Assembly: GCA_000165425.1 (NCBI GenBank)
Contig: CT868015.1
Location: 62,001-126,000 of the forward strand
From: Paramecium tetraurelia
Lineage: Eukaryota
DNA: 64,000 nt
Direction: 5' to 3'
Of this stretch, positions 37,501-49,703 are shown piece after piece. Below the pieces are notes generated by a model. It saw only the letters and a list, made by a program, of their open reading frames with translations. It had not been told where the DNA came from and ran no database searches. The translations under genes and the position numbers were made by a program. How positions within the stretch are numbered: position 1 is the first letter of the stretch; each line of letters starts with the position of its first letter.

Positions 37501-40500
37501 ACCATATTCCTATGTATAGAATTGGTAATAAGATTTTTCGCTTTTTCTTTTAAGGATATAGCGTCAAGTCCTGACTATGTCTTATAATCTTGTATTGTGA
37601 CTTTAAACTTCATCGAACTCACTATGAGTTCAATAATGACAAATTTAAACGAATAAAATCTTAGATTGATAAGAGGAACTAAGTGTCTTCTCTTTTATCG
37701 AGTGTTGAAATACAATAAAATGGCAGTAGCAATTGGTCACATTGCTTAGAGAACCTTTCGATAATACATATACTTGACATTTCTATTTTTCTTAGTCATC
37801 TTCGTCTATGCAATGATTGGAATGGAGATGTATGCTGGCTATTTTGATTAAACAGACACTCTAGGATAATTGCATTCTTATGATAATATTTTTAAGGCAT
37901 TTATGACAATATTCAACATCTTAACAAATGATGATTGGTATGGAGTATATGTTATGGGAGGTAATATCAACTATATATTTGCTGTGATTTATTCATATTC
38001 GATGGTTATTTTACTCAATTATATAACATACGGTTTGGTGTTGGCTATATTGTTGGATGGCTTCGGAACCATAAACGAGGAGATGTAGGAATTGGAAGAA
38101 GAAAAAGAACCAGAGGAAGATAAAAATAATGATAAATAAGAGGAATAGAACTCATAGATAACAGAGTAATAAGAAATAAACGACTTTCAATTGAATTTAA
38201 GACCGCTGATATCATAAATCAATATTAGTGAGAATCAATAGAAGAAATCAAAATAGAATTTAATATCAAATCTAATGAAATCAATAAGTAATATCTATTG
38301 AGATTATTTAATAGGGCAAGTTCATAGGGACATCCTTAGCTAATATCCTAATCTGTATGATGGAATTTAATGTCAATAATCGTTGTATTTATTTGAAAAA
38401 GAAAACATATTCAGAATTATCTGTTGCAGAATAATCACCTCAAATTTCTTCATCTACTTTATGGATTTAGTATTATATTATTCAATCGTAGTCTTTGCTC
38501 TAAAGACTTATAATGATTATGAGAATGATTCGTCTGTTTATCCGGAAGTCTTGTAATTCATAGCGAATATTTTCTTTTTGTTTGAAATAATCTTGGGCAG
38601 TATAGCCAAGGGGATGTGGATGAATAAAGGAGCTTACATCACATACACTTGGCAAATAGTCGATGTAATTTATATCGTCTCCTTCTTCTTCCATTTCCCA
38701 TCGAGTGAAGAAAAAAAACCAATAGTGAATTTCTTTCTATATTTTGGGTATTTCAGAGTTATGAAATTGATGTATAGACTATCATGGTTAGATACATTGA
38801 GATTGGCATTAGGTAGATCTTTAGCTGATATTTGGAATGTGTTGATAACGATGCTTTCAGTTTGGATCATCTTTGGAGTTTATGGGATTATCTTATATGA
38901 ATAGCAGTTTGGATTTTGTGATGATAAAATGCAATTTGGAATTAGCAAAAGAGAATGTTAAGAGTAGAATAGGACATGGATCAATTATAAACATAATTTT
39001 GATAATATTACAATAGCCGTTCCTACTCTATTTGTAGTTTCTACATTTGATGGATGGGGTGAAATTATGCAAATGTCAGAAAATAGTTAAAATTCAAACA
39101 TAGGCCCTGAAGCATTCAATAGTTACATTCACACCTATTTCTTTTTTATATTTTTCTGTTTCATTGGTTCCAATGTTCTTTTTGAGTTTATTTACAGGAG
39201 TCTTGTATGCAAATTTGAAGGAGAATTAGAGTAAGATTGAAATGTCTGACATCACAAAGGCTTAAGTGGAATTTATGAAGATCTCTTAGATCATTATCAA
39301 AGATTTTCCATTGTATTCTTCGCCTCCTACATCAACAATCAGAAAATTTGCATCTGATTTAACAAACAATAATACTGTCTAAAAAGTTATGTTTTGTTTA
39401 TTATTACTTGATTTAATTGTGCTATTGCTATTCTTTTCAGATATGGATGACACCTTTTTCAGAGCATTAAATAATACTCATAATAGTTTAACTTACATTT
39501 ACATTTTGTGGAATATCTTTTTATTTTTAGCCTTAGGAGTCAATAGATTTTTTGATAATTATTGGAGAAGGTTCTACTTTTTCCTGATCACAATTGCCAT
39601 AATTGATATTATTGCTGATTTTGAATCTGACTGGGCATTGGCTTATTTTAGATCATCTCCATCTGATTCAGGATATCAATTTCTTAGATTATTCTTTGCT
39701 CTTAGATGTTTGAGGATTATATTGATTTTCTAAGGATTGATAAATCTACAGAGATTAATGAGAGTTATGGTATTTGCTTTACCATTTTTGGGCAAGATCT
39801 TTAGTTTATTGATAATTACAATGTATATTTTTGCACTGTTTGGATGTCATTTGTATGGCCAATTAGAAAAAGGATAAGTGATGGATGATCAAATCAATTT
39901 CCAGAACGTTGCTCAAGCCATGCTCGCTCTATTCAAATGTGCATCAGGAGATGATTGGAGAACTATAATGACTGATACTATGTTCTATAATCCCTATTGT
40001 GCTGAAGATGAAATCTATTGTGGAAGTATTTATAATTAGATATACTTCTTCCTGTTTATGTTATTGTCAAATTACGTTCTGTTAAATTTGTTTGTCTTAG
40101 GTTTGGTGGAACAATTTGAGTAATTCTTTATGCTTCAGAATTCAATGATCCAGACTTATGTTGAAAATGTGGATAAGATCAAAACCATCTGGTGCAAGTA
40201 CTCTTCAGAAACCCAAGGCTAAGCTATGCACTATAAATTTTTGTGTCGTTTCTTGATGGACATTGGAAAACCTTTGGGTGGTGGAAAAGATGAGAATTTG
40301 TGGGATGTTGGCAAATTGGCATCCTCATTTAAATTGCAATGGTATTGGTTGTTATATATAAAAATAGTGATCATTTTGGATACATCCAATATAATCAATT
40401 AATGTATGAGTTATTCCGAGTCTGTTATCATGTTGCAGTATTCAAAAATGGCTCTTCTTCATCCATTAAGAAGATCAAGTAATTCAACAAGGAGATGCAA

Positions 40501-41002
40501 CTTCGATTGATGTATTATAGAAGAAACAGATTTCTGTAGAGAACCAACATTAGTCCAATTCTACATTTGAAAGCCAATTTCAATATATTGCATGATTACT
40601 TGACAGTTCTCATCATGTACAAGGCTTGGGAGGCCTTCTCTAAGAAATTAATTAAGAAATTAGCAATTAAATAGAATCAATTCACTGAACAAGATTTAGA
40701 TGAGCAAGACTCTTCTATCGATCAAAAAACTATGAATAATCAATAGTAATTATTTCATTCACATTATTAGTATTGATTAAGATTGCAATGAATTTCTATA
40801 GGAGGACGTTGCACAATAAGTTTTATCAAGGGAACAGGTTCAACCGGAAAATATACATCAAATCACTAATTGTTCAGATGATGGTCATTCTAAGAAAGAG
40901 GACATCCCTGTTTACAAATGGCAAAGTGATTAGCAATCAGGAGGACTATATGAACGAGCCATCATTTCTCCAGATTAATCTTTCAAAAAGAGGAAATATT
41001 GA
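34501..41002 (+). CDS. Four-domain (24-TM) Cav/Nav/NALCN-superfamily cation channel; apparent +1 frameshift near 39171
   Basis: Four pore loops (TITMDDW, ILTNDDW, VSTFDGW, CASGDDW), four S6 segments (FFGFNLVIAVI, YGLVLAILLDGF, FFLSLFTGVL, VLLNLFVLGLVEQF) and a C-terminal EF-like region (W..Y...LMDIGKPLG). TGA 41000-41002. Confidence 0.93.
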
Positions 41003-41127
41003 TTATTTTCATAATACTTTTGATACTTAATTATTTATTCTTTGCTTAAAGTAATAAACAGAATTTCATATGTTAAATCATAAATGATTACATAATTAAT
41101 TAAAGTTCAAAACAATAATAATTTGTC

Positions 41128-41373
41128 ATGAATGTCGATTTCTAACAAAATGATTCGCCCAACTCCAATCAAGATGAATGTGCCGATATGGATTCAGATT
41201 TACAGGATTAAACATAAACTCAAGTGGAAAATGACTATTTCTCGAATAAAATTGAAACTCATAAATTTGTGGTTGGCATCTCCAAACCTGGGGATTTGAG
41301 AATTGGTCTACAAACAGTAAATAAAAACAAAATCACTGTCAGAGGAATTCTAGGGATATAAGAAAAATAATGA
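41128..41373 (+). CDS. Small acidic hypothetical protein (81 aa)
   Basis: Intronless ATG-to-TGA code-6 ORF MNVDFQQNDSPNSNQDECADMD...ITVRGILGIQEKQ. Confidence 0.6.
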
Positions 41374-41568
41374 ATGTTTAAATTATTTCTTCCTAATATT
41401 TGATAATTTTTATTACTATTTTACTTAAAGGATCAATCATTACAATGTTCTATTTTTATCCCTAAAATTACTCCATTTTATTTTGGACTATTTTCATTAA
41501 ATTCAAGTTTAGTTTTACAAATATCAACTTACCCCAAGACAAATTATTTAACTTATTATTTTTTTATA

Positions 41569-43259
41569 ATGCGAATTTTAATAATTAATTGCTATGATAA
41601 CAAAGACCTAGAAAAATTTTAGCATTTCCAATTTCATGTCATGAAAGTATAATATTATACCATATTAGTATTTAGCTGAATAAAAAGAGTTAATAGACAC
41701 AGAAAACGAATTTTATGTTCGCAATAGGGATACCATTGAGGATTTCCTATATGAAGTAGAAAGCTCTTATGTGAAGAAGGAATCAGCTCTAAAATTCGAT
41801 CAACTTGATGTGATATTCATTATTGGAGATTGCCATACACGACCTTGGGCTGTTCATATGGGTATGGATTACGGATTTACAGTTAGCAAAAATATTGGTT
41901 TTGTTGAGGATGAGTTTGAGAGTATAGAAGTTACTATTTGCCTCGGGATTTGCCATGCAAGCCTTAGTATATTTATCAGCATCTAATATCGAAAGAGTAC
42001 TACCTTATTAATATACATAAGCCTATAAACCTAATCAATTAGAATGGGGGAAAATTATCAGATCTAAGGGAATTAAAGATCCAAATATAGCAAAGTGATA
42101 TGTTTTTGGAAAACACGTCAGGAGATTTATATGTATTTAATTATGAATCCTCTGAATGGATTCCAAAGTTAAATGTTGGCATCCATTTAAGGAGTGCAGC
42201 CCAAGAGTTCTAATCCATAGGTAGGTATGTTGTTAAGGCTCCTATCTACAAACCTAAGTAAATGGGCTCGTTTATAAGTAAAAACAAAAACACTGAAACA
42301 GTTGTTTCAATAAGAAATGTATACTTATAGCATTGGGTATTATATAATATCTAAATAAATATAGGCATTTAAAGATATAGAATCCCGATTTTTAGCTCCA
42401 TTATTGAATAGATGGGATGTGCACAATTTCTAATTCAATAATTCGGAAAAGAAATTTATTTGCCTTGCAGAAAGTGATGAAGGACCGTCTATAATCGAAT
42501 ATCCAAAAGCTTTGGCATGCATGTTTGAAACTGATACCAAGTATCCTTTCACAAATACATTGCTAAAAAACTTTGTTTAATATGCAATGTACAATATAAA
42601 AATCTCAAAGTAAATAAGCTAATTAATATTTAAGTGCCTCGAAACCTTTCGATTCAATTGAAAACTACCATAAAGTTAATACAAAAACCTCATCGATTTT
42701 AGATCTCTTAAAAAACAATAATAATTAGAACCAAAAGAAAAGTACTCTCGAATTAATGCAAATTAGAGGCAAAAATGGAATAGCTTCTTAAAGTCAATAG
42801 AAATTGGCTCATGCTTAAGAGGAATAAAAGTTATAATCAATGTAGAATAATCTAAAAAGAAGGAGCAGCATAGCACATGTCGGATTTACACTAAATAAAA
42901 ATGTACCTATAAGAACAGTAGAAGTAAATGCTGTCGGAAAAAGAAAGATCAAATACTAACAGGGATAATAGCATTCAAGAAAGATAAGTGCTGATGAGGC
43001 ATATTTAAAATCAATAAGAGATAGCGAGGACGACATTTTTAATGAACCAGAAATCATATAGAAAACACAAATATTAAAGACACCTAGCCAATCGGAAATA
43101 AGAAAATTGTTGCATCCAGAAATATCTAAATCTTGTTTGGAAGTCAAAGAAATTTGGATTCCAGGTCATCTATCCGAATATCAAAAAACCTAAGGAGATA
43201 AAAGAATAGGTAAGATTGGAGGATCTTTTCAATCTACTTAAATGAAGAGATGGATTTGA
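41569..43259 (+). CDS. Class I glutamine amidotransferase-like fold protein, probably catalytically inactive, with a basic low-complexity tail
   Basis: MRILIINCYD, FDQLDVIFIIGD...RPW, and after a 25-nt intron LLRMSLRVQKLLFASGFAMQAL (nucleophile-elbow position), later ICLAESDEGPSIIE. TGA 43257-43259. Confidence 0.65.
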
Positions 43260-43347
43260 TGAAAATCTTGAGAATAAAACTAAATTTACATTATTTATAT
43301 TTTTTAGTTTTCTTTAAATTGTTTCAAAACATAACAAAAGGCTTGGA

Positions 43348-43569
43348 ATGAATGATTATGCAAAGAATATCTCTTATCTTCACTCTAAGACATTGAACCT
43401 TTTCCTTTTTAGAAAAAAGCCTATAACAGACTAAGAGTATGGAAATAGGAATGCCTTAGAAATTTGTAGTTGCGAATTATTTGAATAATCTAAATCAGAA
43501 ACTAGTGATAATTTTACCTTATCCCTAACAACCAAAGATCTTATTCAGTTTTTTAGAAAATATAGATGA
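43348..43569 (+). CDS. Small hypothetical protein (73 aa)
   Basis: ATG-to-TGA code-6 ORF MNDYAKNISYLHSK...TTKDLIQFFRKYR. Confidence 0.4.
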
Positions 43570-43648
43570 ACTGGTTTAAAAATAAGAATAATTATTATTT
43601 TCTAATTTTTCTTTGGAATTATTTGGTTGAATTATAAATTAGGCAATC

Positions 43649-44960
43649 ATGGACTTAATTGATATTGATTATGGAAGGCGATTTTTTTATGTGAAGATAT
43701 TGTTCTGGTAGTCAAGAGTTTATGTCAGAATATTAAGAATAACCCTTTTAGTTCCCTCATCTAAAATTGATTCCTATGAGGAACCAATAAACTACTAGTC
43801 ATTTATAGTCTATTTCATCGTAGTGTGGGTAGAAACAGGATAAAATTTGACTGGCTTGTTAAATCAATTTGGGGTAAAGAAAAAAGAATTTACTTTTAAT
43901 AGATTTAAACTGAAAGAATTGAATATATTCTCATTCAAAGGTCAGCTAACAATAACATTTTAATTAATCAATAACAAAAATCAATTATAATACACTGATG
44001 ATTCTGAAAGAAATTTTGATACACCTTAATTTTACTATCTCTTATAGTAAGCTTACAAAGGAAATTCTAAGTTGAATTAATAATTGAGAATTCTCGTTGA
44101 CAGGATCAAGGAAGTAATGTCTTCAGTAATCAAAAGTTATTGTTTATAATAGCAATCATCATAATCTCATAATCATTGAAAGGCATGCCTTTACATTTTT
44201 AAAAGAAGCAAGGAGTCTGATTTCGCTCCTCAAAGTACAGGCTTGATTACTCTAGAAAATTAAGCCATTTTGTATTCATATAAATCCGATTATAAGATTT
44301 AAGATGATAAAAATATATTGAATTTGCGGCAAGTAAAAATAAATATAATTTTAGAAAACAAAAATAAAATTTTATATCTATAATCATTAGAAAAAGAAGA
44401 GATAATTCAAAAACAAAAGAATTATTTGTTTAAATACACTAAGAATTGTCCATATTTCCAAAGCAGTATCAAATGAGATTATCCAATTAAGGTTAAATGA
44501 ATTCAAAGTTGTCTATATTTTAGTAGAAATGATATAAATCAATTGGGCGAATAGAAAAATAACCATTCTTTGGCAAATTAAAAATGAACAAAGTACAGTT
44601 CTCAAAATTTAATTGGAAAAAGCACAATAGTTTTCAATTAAAATCTTTGCTATCTTTTCCGTTACTAGAATATTGAGAAAGTAATAACAGTTTGAAATTT
44701 GAGTTATTTAGAGAAGTAATTACAAGAGCAAAATAAAAGAAATATCTAAAAACTAAAAAGTTAATATACATTTTTATAAAGAATCTTGATTCCTATATTG
44801 ATTGTAACGAAATGTCAATTGATTTCACTTGAAAGTTAGATGGAAGCTCAAAAATATATTTCTCAACTATCAATTTTGATTAATCTTTGGAAATCTTTCT
44901 TTATTTTAGTGTTTTAATTAGAAAAGAAGTTTTGGAGGTTACATTTCTGAGGATGTTTTG
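43649..44960 (+). pseudogene. Gene-like region with an in-frame TGA; degenerate gene or unresolved pair of genes
   Basis: Frame is open from ATG 43649 to TGA 44177-44179, and the same frame stays open afterwards up to a canonical 22-nt intron at 44333-44354. Further TGAs occur near 44830 and 44960. Confidence 0.3.
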
Positions 44961-45161
44961 ATGAAGAAACCAAACAAAATAATGTTATTTGGAGTTCTAA
45001 AAAAAATGGTATACTTGAATGATATAAATATTATTATTATTGAGTATTGATTATTATTTTCTACCTTTTTTTGAAAAGATATTAATTTTAGATGTTAAAC
45101 CGTGTCTCCTTACTTAAATTATTAAATTGCTTTAATATTAATATTTTTTATTGAGTTATTA

Positions 45162-48100
45162 ATGAGGAGAGCATTAAAAAAGAAGAAAATAAATGATAAA
45201 TTAGGAAAATTAGTCTTCAATGGTTTAGTACGCATGTAATAAATAATCATCAGAAATAAAATTGACCCAACTTTATTTAATCTGGTATTTGCAAAAATCC
45301 TTTTGTTAATTTCTGCCTTATAAGAAATATAATTAGTCACATCGACAGAAATTCAAAATAAGGCTTCTATGTAAATATAAGGTTCATTATTGTCTTTTTT
45401 ATAAAAGTTTTCAATAAATCTAATTTAATATAATGGAGACGAACTATTGTTATTTTTATTGCTCTCAACAGAAGTTATATACTGTATAGTGGTGCTAATT
45501 GTTTATTTTGATAGAAAGGAGAAATTTATTCTAGTAGGATAGTTTTACAAATATTTTCAAAATATTTTTCACTTAATAATATTTCTGCCCACATTAAATA
45601 TTTCGTTTAATTTTGCAATATCTTTAAATTATATCGAATTGTCAATAATTGGAATAATATTAGGTCTATTTTTAGAATTAATCTATTGTTTTTGTAATAT
45701 TAAAAACAGTTTAATTGAAATTGAAGGTTGTTACTCATCAAGGTTGGCTAATTTATTTTATCTATTAATGCAGTTTATAATTTGTTTTGTAGTTCAAAGT
45801 AATTATTAATATTAAGTGGCTCCAACTCTATTGTTTTTTTCAAGAATTATTATGATTATGCAAAAGATTAATTGTTATCAATATAATAGTTGGTACTATA
45901 TTCAAATTACCAATTTCGTCATATCATATATATTAGTTCTTTTAACACAACAATATTGGTATGATTTAGCATTGATTTATCTTTTATTTATCACAATATA
46001 AATTTCAATAAGGTAAAAGAAGTTGGGAGATGAATTATTTTCGAAAAACAAAGAAATAAACTTATTCAAATATATTATTTTTAGAAATCCAGAGATGATG
46101 AACAACTTTAAATCATTTTCTCATTTTTTCACAGAAACTTAAGAATAAAATATCATACAATACCAAAAAAATGTATTATAGAATGGAGAAATTCATGATA
46201 GATTAACAGTCTTACAACATGTTTTCAAATATAAGAAAATTCAACTATACTTAAATTTAATTAATATTGACAAAACAAATTTGAGCTACTTACAGTAGTT
46301 AACATTAGAAGCCAACTTATTAAATGTGATTTAATCCTGTGAGAAATTAATTACATCTCCTCTCAATGTTAATTTATACATCAAAACACTAGTTTTAGAG
46401 CAATAAAACTTTTAGCTTTTAATAAATTTCATAGATTTAAAATGCAAATTTTATATCCTATTGACAAAAGAGTAGGCTTTGGATTAATATCTTACAACAT
46501 TTAGAATTTAACTTGATAAGATCTTGAATACACTTGAGAAATACAAGAATATATTTGAAAAATAATATGATTTGCAAACAGGAAGATTATAGGAATTTAA
46601 AAATTCAGATTAGATTTCAATAAATATAGTATCCTCATTTTTGTTCATATTTTACAGTAATTATTTTAAAGTAAACTAAAAATTTAATGTTAGGTTAAAG
46701 AACTTTAGAAGAAATAAAATGACTTGCTTGCTTATGATAAGATAATGAATTCGAAATTTCAGAAGAGTAAATATATTTACAATTATGATAGATGAAGTAT
46801 TTTTATTGTCCTCAAGCTTTATAAAAGATTAAAACAACATAGTCAATAAAAATAATAAAAGGTTACTCCAAATGATAGGTGAGCAATTAGAACCAAAGCA
46901 ACTCATTGAATTGTTACCTTAATTTCAGAAGACAGTGTATAATAGTTTTATCAGTTAATATTTATATTAAGGATTGGTTATTGATTAGCCTTTGACTCTA
47001 TTCTTATACAAAAATGAATACTTGATAGAATGCAATTTGTACATTCATGTGACAATTAGTTAAGATGATATAATCTTGTAAAATTTATTGGTGCTAAGAA
47101 ATTAACCTAACCATTTTGCAATATTTGATTCTGAAGGGAAAATATTGGGCATATCTTAATAGATTTATGAATTTTTAGTTTAAAAATCTGATAATGCTTT
47201 TACGAAAAAGTTAGCAGTTTCAGAGTTCATTCAATAAGGGATGATTTAATATTATCTTCCAGAAATCTATTCTCACATATAGGAATTGACTACCTAATAT
47301 TCTTCAGGAACCTCATAATAGGAAATAAACATTTCATCAAGATGGTAATTTCCTGTGAATCATAAAAAATGCCTTGAATAGACTTAGGCATTAGGACTTG
47401 TTAATGATGAAGGAACTGTGTCCTCATAGTTTAAAAAAATCTTTTATTCTTCTTCCACAAAAAGATTGATTTCTTCAAAATAACATAAATTAACGGAGGA
47501 AATACCAATTATTAAAAATGTGAGAATTAAGATTATGTAAAAACAAATCATGAACTAAATACAAGCACTAGTAGTCCCACCATCAAGAATGAAAAGCATA
47601 GATTTTGAAGGGTCTTTGGAATTTGTATAATAAAAGTTTATAGAGTCAGAGACAAATTATTTTGTATTGAGATTCAAATAAATAGAAGAATTTTAACAAG
47701 AAAAAATAGCTTAAATTCCATAAATGGAGAACATTTAAAATTAATCCTTAATTATTGATGATTAGCAATTCGAAGGACTGCAATCCGATTACGAATTTAT
47801 CTCAAATTTAATAAAAAGTAAGAAATTATATACTCCCTTAAAATACAACATTTTTATCCTCTCATTAATGATTCTAGTAACTACAATTGCTTTAGTTGTG
47901 AGTTATCAGTTGAACTATAACAATATGATAAATTATTAATAAGATGTCAATTTTTTGAATACTCCATAGGCTTTGACATTCAGCATAGGAGCTTCATTCA
48001 TGTTGATGTGGAATCAGTATTGCATTGATAATAAACTCTATATCATTAGTCCATATTTAGAATACAAAAGAGAAAGCCAATTGGCTTATGTCTTTGATTT

Positions 48101-49650
48101 TTGGGGCAGTGTTCATGAAGAATATTCAATGAATCTAAGTAGGAAGAGTGTCAAGTTGGGTTTTGATGAGATAGACTTAATTAGTTACTATAATGGTTTG
48201 AAGATTGAGACTCTTCTAGATTACTATGAATTTTATGCCATCATCAGGGAAGCTTTGGTTCGACAGTTCAAAAAGATAGACTTTAAGAATATCTCCACTT
48301 TTGACCCGGACATTCTAAAAACAAATGGGTTGGTTCGTTAGAATATGTTAAAGATCTATAAATTTCACAATTTTATTTTAGATGATGTGATATAAATAAC
48401 TGAGGAATCATTTTCATAATTTGAAAACAGTACATTTATATTCTGTGTATACTCTTCATTAGTGATCCTATTTCTGTTGATAATATTCTTTATTGTGAAT
48501 TTTCGATTGTTGAGGACAGAAACCAAATTAATTCGCCTATTACAATATTTAAATATAAAGATAATATAGGAGCAATTGGAGATTTTGCATTTTTAGAAGG
48601 AATAATTGTCAAGGCTATTACTGATTTAAAGTTAGACAAAGGATGAACCTAATACTCAAAAATAGAGCGAGAAAGCAATTGGGAATTAACCCAAGTATAA
48701 TCCATTAAGCAAATTGGAAAATTATAATGAAAAGTATACTTTGTTGATTATTCTCTCTTTGGTGGTTGGGATTGAACTTATTTTATTTATATTCGGCTCT
48801 TAATTAGTTTCTAAATTATATAATAGCCAATACTAAAGTAGTTTAATCCTCACTATGAAGTATCTGAAATTGAAGTCAAGACTTGATTCTGCTGTAATAG
48901 TAGGGGAAGTCATGAAGACCGAATATCTAATTTAAAACAATACTGCAATCGAATACATTAACTAAACTGATCATATTGAATTCTTTTTCGATAACATTGG
49001 TGTGTTACTTAAGCTTTCAGATGAAATCAATAATGAATTAGTCACGGCAACATCATATAACTCAACATTTCAAAAACAATTGATCGATATCTTTAATGAT
49101 GATCTCTGCACTTACTATTCAGGCATATTGAGTTTTTGCAATGTAGGGAGTATTAAATAGGAATACTATGAGAGTGAGAATTATCTCACTTTGATAGATA
49201 AGGGCATTTATGGGATGATTCAAGACTTAAATAAGTTATCCATATAGGAATTTAACTTTGAGCAAGTGAACTAGCATTATGATTATGATTAGCGTCGTTT
49301 GGATTCTTTCATAAAATTACCCATTCATAACTACTTATTCTTACAATACTTCATTGAATTGCAAACTTGCATCTTTTATTGTTTCTTAGATATTTTTACT
49401 GAAACTCAGATATTAAGCAATAAATTGTCGAATTAAATCTTAACCTATCTGATCACTTCATCAGTGGCGTAAATATTGTAATTATCTTAGATTTCTCCTT
49501 TTTACTTCCTTTGTGTCAGGTTGTTGGATCAACAAACAGTATAAAAGATTAAACCAGTTGAAGTTGATTGCTACTTTGTTTCCGCCTGCCTTAATTCATT
49601 AGAAGGGATTCAATAAATTGTTGTACTCCTAATTAATACAAATCAAATGA
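45162..49650 (+). CDS. Large membrane protein with N-terminal TM block, degenerate PAS-like region and C-terminal TM/luminal repeats (TmcB-like ciliate family), copy 1
   Basis: Hydrophobic N-terminus, LIELLPQFQKTVYNSFISQYL, FAIFDSEGKILGISQQIYEFL, later TM helices. TGA 49648-49650. Confidence 0.7.
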
Positions 49651-49703
49651 AATATTATTAATACTTGTGTTTCAATTTTAATATAAAAAGTTATTTAATT
49701 AAT

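Noticed and set aside
40773..41030. ORF-track protein MIKIAMNFYRR
   Set aside because: Alternative frame overlapping the last exon of the channel gene.
41771..41986. ORF-track peptide containing TICLGICHA, which looks like an active GATase nucleophile elbow
   Set aside because: It requires retaining the 25-nt GTATGG..TTAG intron, and that frame terminates early. The spliced frame continues to the gene end, so the match is treated as coincidence.
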